A stretch of 64,000 bases of DNA from Paraphysomonas bandaiensis (taxonomy: Eukaryota > Protista > Chrysophyceae), in assembly GCA_965644295.1 (NCBI GenBank), contig CBFFRP010000352.1, forward strand, positions 124,001-188,000. The letters run 5' to 3'. How positions within the stretch are numbered: the stretch's first letter is position 1; each line of letters begins with the position of its first letter. The position numbers were made by a program, and so were the translations under genes. The notes under the pieces were generated by a model. That model saw only the letters and a program-made list of their open reading frames with translations, was not told the DNA's origin and ran no database searches. This document shows, one piece after another, positions 58,742 to 64,000 of the stretch.

Positions 58742-59853
58742 ATGTCAACTGAAGAAGCTGTCACCTCTGCTCCCAGTTCGTCCCCTGCGGGTCGTCCGAA
58801 GCGAGAGAGGAAGCAGGTGCGTGTGCTGCACCAATAGCATACATACATACATATATACATATATTTGTATATATACATTATATGATGTTATGCAATCCTG
58901 TCATATGTAGGCCGTCATTGTCAACGTCAACAACACAGCACCCAAGCAGGCAGCGGTTCCGCCATCAGGCAGCGGAGAGGAACTCGGGTCGATCCCGTAC
59001 TGTAAGTGCATAGATGTGTGTCTCTGTGAGGGTGAGATGTGATGCAGTTTGCGGTATGATCTCCAAGTACACTGAAGATGATGATGTCATTCGTGCCTTG
59101 CACCAGCTTCTTATTGGGTCTGTTGGCAAGAAGGGTCAGAGGAAGCGTCTGTTGCGTCAGTTTAAAGGGTTTGGCACCTCCACGACCCCTGTCCACATTG
59201 AGGCAAAACTCGTAGAAAACAAAAAGAAGTGGACGGTAGCAATTCTTAAGACGGTCGCGGAAGTGTTTGGCCTCGAAAAAACGGGTACCCGCAGTGAGCT
59301 GTGTAAGCGCATCGCCGAGTACGTTATGAGCCCGTATGAGACAAAGAAGGAATCTGCCTTGCCTGCCTCAAAGAAGGTGTGTGCAATGCAATCTATCGGC
59401 GGATTAATCTGTGCATGTAATCGTGTAATGATTTATTTAGGGTACGAAGAAGAGAAAGCTAAAGGGAAAGAGGAGTCGCAAGGATGCCAGCGGCGAGCCT
59501 AAGAAGAAACGGGCTCTGTCGGCTTTCATGGTGTTTTCTTCAGAAGTACGGGCAGATGTTCGAGCGAAACACCCTGAAGACAGTTTTGGAGACACTGGCA
59601 GGCGCATTGGTGAAATGTGGCGCGAGCTCAGTGAATCGGAAAAACAGGTATGTCGTGCATATGTTGTGAGACCTGGTGATATGATCTACTGTAGAGTTGG
59701 AAGGACAAGGCAGCTGCGTTGCATACTGACGAAGCGGAAGATGGCATGGAGTCGGGAGGTGACGATGGCGAGCAGTCTGATGATGAGGATGAAGAGCAGG
59801 ATGCTGATCAGCGCGATATCGAGGCTGAGTTCGATGCAGCTATGGAGGGCTGA
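58742..59853 (+). CDS. DEK-like/SAP domain plus HMG-box chromatin protein, multi-exon
   Basis: GRPKRERKQ; LHQLLIG..GKKGQRKRLLRQFKGF; SAP-like WTVAILK..FGLEKTGTRSELCKRI; HMG box KRALSAFMVFSSEVR..GRRIGEMWRELSESEK; acidic tail. Confidence 0.85.
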
Positions 59854-61649
59854 GTGTTCGGTAGTGTTGTTGTTGTGTTGTCCGTATTTGATATTCCGTA
59901 ATGGAGTATGTTCATGGCCAGGACAATATTGTACTTTCACTAATTAATCTACCTGATATTTGCAATTAATGTGCGTTGTTTTATATTGAATGGTCGTAAT
60001 GAACTCGTCGAATAAGTGGGAAGCGTATAAGGGTTGTGACTTGTAACTTGTAACTATCACGGAATAGCAATGACAATACTCTTTGAGCCAAGTGAGTTAC
60101 TATTCAAGCCCATATTACCACTGGGGTGTCCATCAGTGAACTTCAAAATTACAGTACGATCTCTGTCAGCAAGAAAAGAGCGATGGATGTACTTATTTCT
60201 CACGCACCTGTAACATAACAACAATGCAGTCTAACAGCTACTACATCGCAATTCGATTAAGGTTAGGATTATGTTAAAATGTTCACTTTTAGTGTCTGTT
60301 TTGTGCGTGAAGCGTAATTAATGAAAAAACGAGAGAATATCCTATTTTGATAAAAATGTAGCTTGTTATAAACGAAGTATAGGTAGTAAAAACTTTTACA
60401 TCTTTGGCGATTTCTTGAAATTGGAAATTGAATTATGTTTCCTATTTCCACTTGCTTTTCACGTAATCTTGGCTACAAGCTAGAATGGCCTCGGGTAAGA
60501 AGTATTGTGTCTATACTACTTTTCCATTCAAGTTTGGCAGTTTGGTGCGTGCTTTCTTGCGATATCTGTTCTATATAAGTAAACGAATGGACACTTGTTG
60601 AATTTTTATCGGATCATTTTAAAGCATACCCAAATATTAGTGAAAGAATCAATAGATATCGTTGGAAAAACATATGGAGAAGGAATTTCTGTGCAACTCC
60701 AGACAATGCGAAGGCAAAAGATGAATACTATAGCACACGGCCTTCAAGTATTTTGTATCATTAAGTATAATCATTTAAAGAAAAGATAGGTTCCCGATTA
60801 ATAAATAGCAGCACTTTTAACTAATCACATATATAATAGCTGGACTAATATCAAATCGCACAACTACTGAAATAAATTACGGGTTTGGGCTTACACTATA
60901 ACTTCTCATTTACTTATATATAATTTTTGTTTTAATTTCTTTTTAAATTGCTGTTAACCCTCAACCCTTATTATAAATATAAGTAATTAAATAATATAGA
61001 AGAAATATAAAACTAAAGGAAATATTTATAAAATATTCCAAAAAACGAAATTTATTAGGGGTAAATTGATTGATTTTTACGGATCTGGCTAATGGCTCGT
61101 ACGAACTAATGGGGGAAACTTGCTTCTCATTTTCCGATATTTTTATATCACGACGACCATTGTGGAGGTGCTCAGTGTGTTCATTGTCAACGACATTCTT
61201 GCGTACTGAGGTAAAGTGTATACTATCCTTTGTCACACAATTATGATAAAATGACAGTGCACTGTGCACATACATCCTAGGTCTTCTATGATAACAAACG
61301 ATGGGTTTGTAATCATGATAATTAGCTATGCAGCTCAAGTTGCTGTATAGATAAGAAATAAGCCAAGCAATTAATTGCTACGCAAGCCTGGTTAAGAGTA
61401 TGATGTAATGTGGCCAAAGAGCATGTAAAAGGAAGTCATCTAGCAACAAAGTTTTTGGTTACTTCTACTTAATAATTTTCTAATTTGTTCTCAAGACTTT
61501 TATCTATAAATATTATTCAGCACAAATATCGAGCAAACTACTATTTTTCCTTCATCACCCTCAGTCTCAATTAATTAGCACCATAATTCTGAGGGCTCTT
61601 GAAATAAGTAGATATCACCTATACCACATATAATTTGAAGTAGAGCAAC

Positions 61650-64000
61650 TTAGTAGAATTGCATTTCCGTCTGCTTTTCACGTTTTCCTTTCTTCTTTTC
61701 TCGATTTATTGGTTTCGTAGAAGTAGTAGATTCTTTATCAACCAACTTTTCTGACTGCATACAACAATGAATTTCGCATCGAAAATTCAGACTTCTCACC
61801 TCTAGTATGACCTGTGCCCTGGAGGGAAAGTACTCCAGCTTTATGAGCATCAAATACACATCTTTAATGATAACAATTCCACAAGTGCATATTAACGCAA
61901 GCCAAAAGTTACTTGTATCCAGTAACCTCGGCCATATCTGATAAATAATGTTATTTTAAACAGTAATGATACGGAAGAGAAAAATACCTTGAACCAATTT
62001 CGATCAAGGATAACATAATTGGATATAAAGTAGGCTGACCCAAACCATAAGCCAACAGACAGCATCAAAATTACGATGTGGACAACATGCCACTGTGCCG
62101 TCAAAAAAGACACCTGTGTTCATACGTTAAGCAGAGTTTCATAACTAGGCATCATCTGAAAAACCTTTACATTCGCCAGAACTATGATAACTGTATAGGT
62201 AAGAGCGCCCGACTCCCAAAATGTTTCCAGCATCCCCATTTCCGAAAAATGTAGTAAAAGGAAAACAGAGAAGTAGGATATAACAACTGAGTCAAAAATA
62301 GCATTCCATATTTGAAACCAAAAGAGAAATACCTACAAATTATCAGAAAAATCCTTCAGTGCAGGCAAATACTACTTACATTGAAATACTCGTTATCTAT
62401 TCCTGACTGGTATAATTGCGGAAAGCGATATACTAACGCTATAGGTACATCCATATCGTATATTCCCACCAGCAGAATAGGAAGGGATGTGTACAAGAGA
62501 TTGTAGAACTGAATACTTCCTTCTGTGTATATTTTCTGCCCTGCAGATTATAAACTCAGGCACGTATTACTATAATCTACATAAAATACCCGAGAATCCA
62601 TTCATCCAAGAAAACCAAAAGTGACAAATACTCATCATGACATTCTTGTAAAACATATATATAATAAGCTTTGACATGCGGATGTAGTTGTATCTTCCGT
62701 GCTTAAGAAGCAACACCGCAAGGAAGCGGAATTGGGCAATGGCGTAGTCCGAAGCATTGGTCGCCTGCAAACCTTCTTCACCTCTTATCCCAACTCCGAT
62801 GTGAGCCTCTTGGATCATAGCAACATCATTTGCTCCATCGCCAATAGACAAAGTGCGTACACCTTGAACACCATTTTTTATCATATTTACCATTTCCCTC
62901 TTTTGATCGGGTGAAACTCTACAGAGACATCTTATAACGCAAGTCAAAACAGATTAGCAGTGCATGTACCTGCATCCAACTACTGCTTTGCACATTTGAC
63001 TAAATTCTAGCAACGCATCTTTAGCCCCTCCTGGCTTGTCATCAGCCATAATTCCAAGAAGTGTCGGACCATCAATAATGAGAGCTCGTGGCATAACATC
63101 ACAGTTTCCTTTCTCCTCTTGCTCGCGAATCATGTCCTACATAGCAAACGTAAGTCACATAAGACAAAACGGACAGCTAGAATACCGATCGCTCCACTGT
63201 AAGCAACGATACACAGGCAGATAGTGACGGAGCGGTGTTGTTGTTCACAATAATGTGTTTCATGTATTCTTTTGGAAGTACTAGGTTACATGCTACAGCA
63301 ATATTGATAGCTGTTTCTTCTTTGTCGCCTGTCAGTACCCAAATATTAATTCCTGCTTTAGCAAGCTGAGAAATGGCCTCAGGCACTCCGTCTTGTAGCT
63401 TATCCTCGATTGCTGTTGCTCCAACAAGAGTGATGTTTTGTTCAATTTCATCTTCTGCCTCCTCGATTTTGTTCGGAAGCCCTTTCTTTTTCTTCTCAAG
63501 CTCATCGAGACTTGTGGAGCAGTTGTTATATTTCTCACTCCAGGACTGGTATTCTCTTTCGTCTAGCTCCTTGAAGCCGATCAATAGGCAGCGTAAGCCT
63601 TCTGATGCATACTGACGCATATGGTCGTCAGTTCTATGAAAAAGTTCATCCTGACCAGGATGAAGACGAGGCACCATAGTAGAGTCTGCACCCTTTATTA
63701 CCATGTGAATTGTTCCGTCTGGGTTCTTGACGATGACCGACATTCGCTTGCGTTTAGACGTAAATCCGATTACTTCGAGCACTTCCACCCGCTCTTCCTT
63801 CCCTTCCATTTTGATTATGGCGTACTTTTCCTGCTTATCCACAAATTCAGCTCCAAAGTATTTGGCAGCTATTACCAGGCATTCATCGTCCGGATTGGAC
63901 GCAGAAAGTTTAATCTTGCCATCAATACGTTCTGGAATGGTATCATGACAGAGAGACAGGACACGGAAAAACTGCCTGATTTTGGTTCCCTGTTTATCAC
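61650..64000 (-). CDS. P4-type ATPase (phospholipid flippase), 3' part; 5' end outside the window
   Basis: ASNPDDECL, FTSKRKRMSV, KGADS, EGLRCL, GATAIEDKLQDGVP, WVLTGDKEETAINI, CRVSPDQK, IGDGANDV, FYKN. Confidence 0.95.

Overview
Eukaryotic genomic DNA, AT-rich between genes, with many ~45-60 bp GT-AG introns. The gene set (SAS-4/CENPJ, bacterial-type PDH E1, group XII-like PLA2) suggests a flagellated protist, possibly a stramenopile (inference). Host genes: PLA2-like, RRM protein, two hypothetical proteins, GNAT-Gfo/Idh/MocA fusion, exostosin-like GT, thiamine pyrophosphokinase, SDR, EF-hand protein, CENPJ/SAS-4, 4-TM protein, SAC3/GANP protein, AceE-type PDH E1, DEK-HMG protein, partial P4-ATPase, and four identical tRNA-Gly(GCC). 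The standout is an uninterrupted 2316-aa non-LTR retrotransposon ORF with the order OTU-like protease - SET methyltransferase - APE - RT - RNase H - CCHC. It sits inside a degenerate Ginger/GingerRoot-like DNA transposon (TATA TSD, TGT..ACA-type ends). Two decayed relatives are also present, plus a dispersed ~470-bp SINE-like family that shares the LINE 3' tail and starts with a candidate HDV-like ribozyme fold. Other oddities: a 281-bp tRNA-pair direct repeat bracketing an intronless bacterial-looking fusion gene, a copia fold-back palindrome, an 89-bp hAT-type MITE and a perfect 36-bp inverted repeat around CENPJ. All calls come from motif reading by eye; exon boundaries are approximate.
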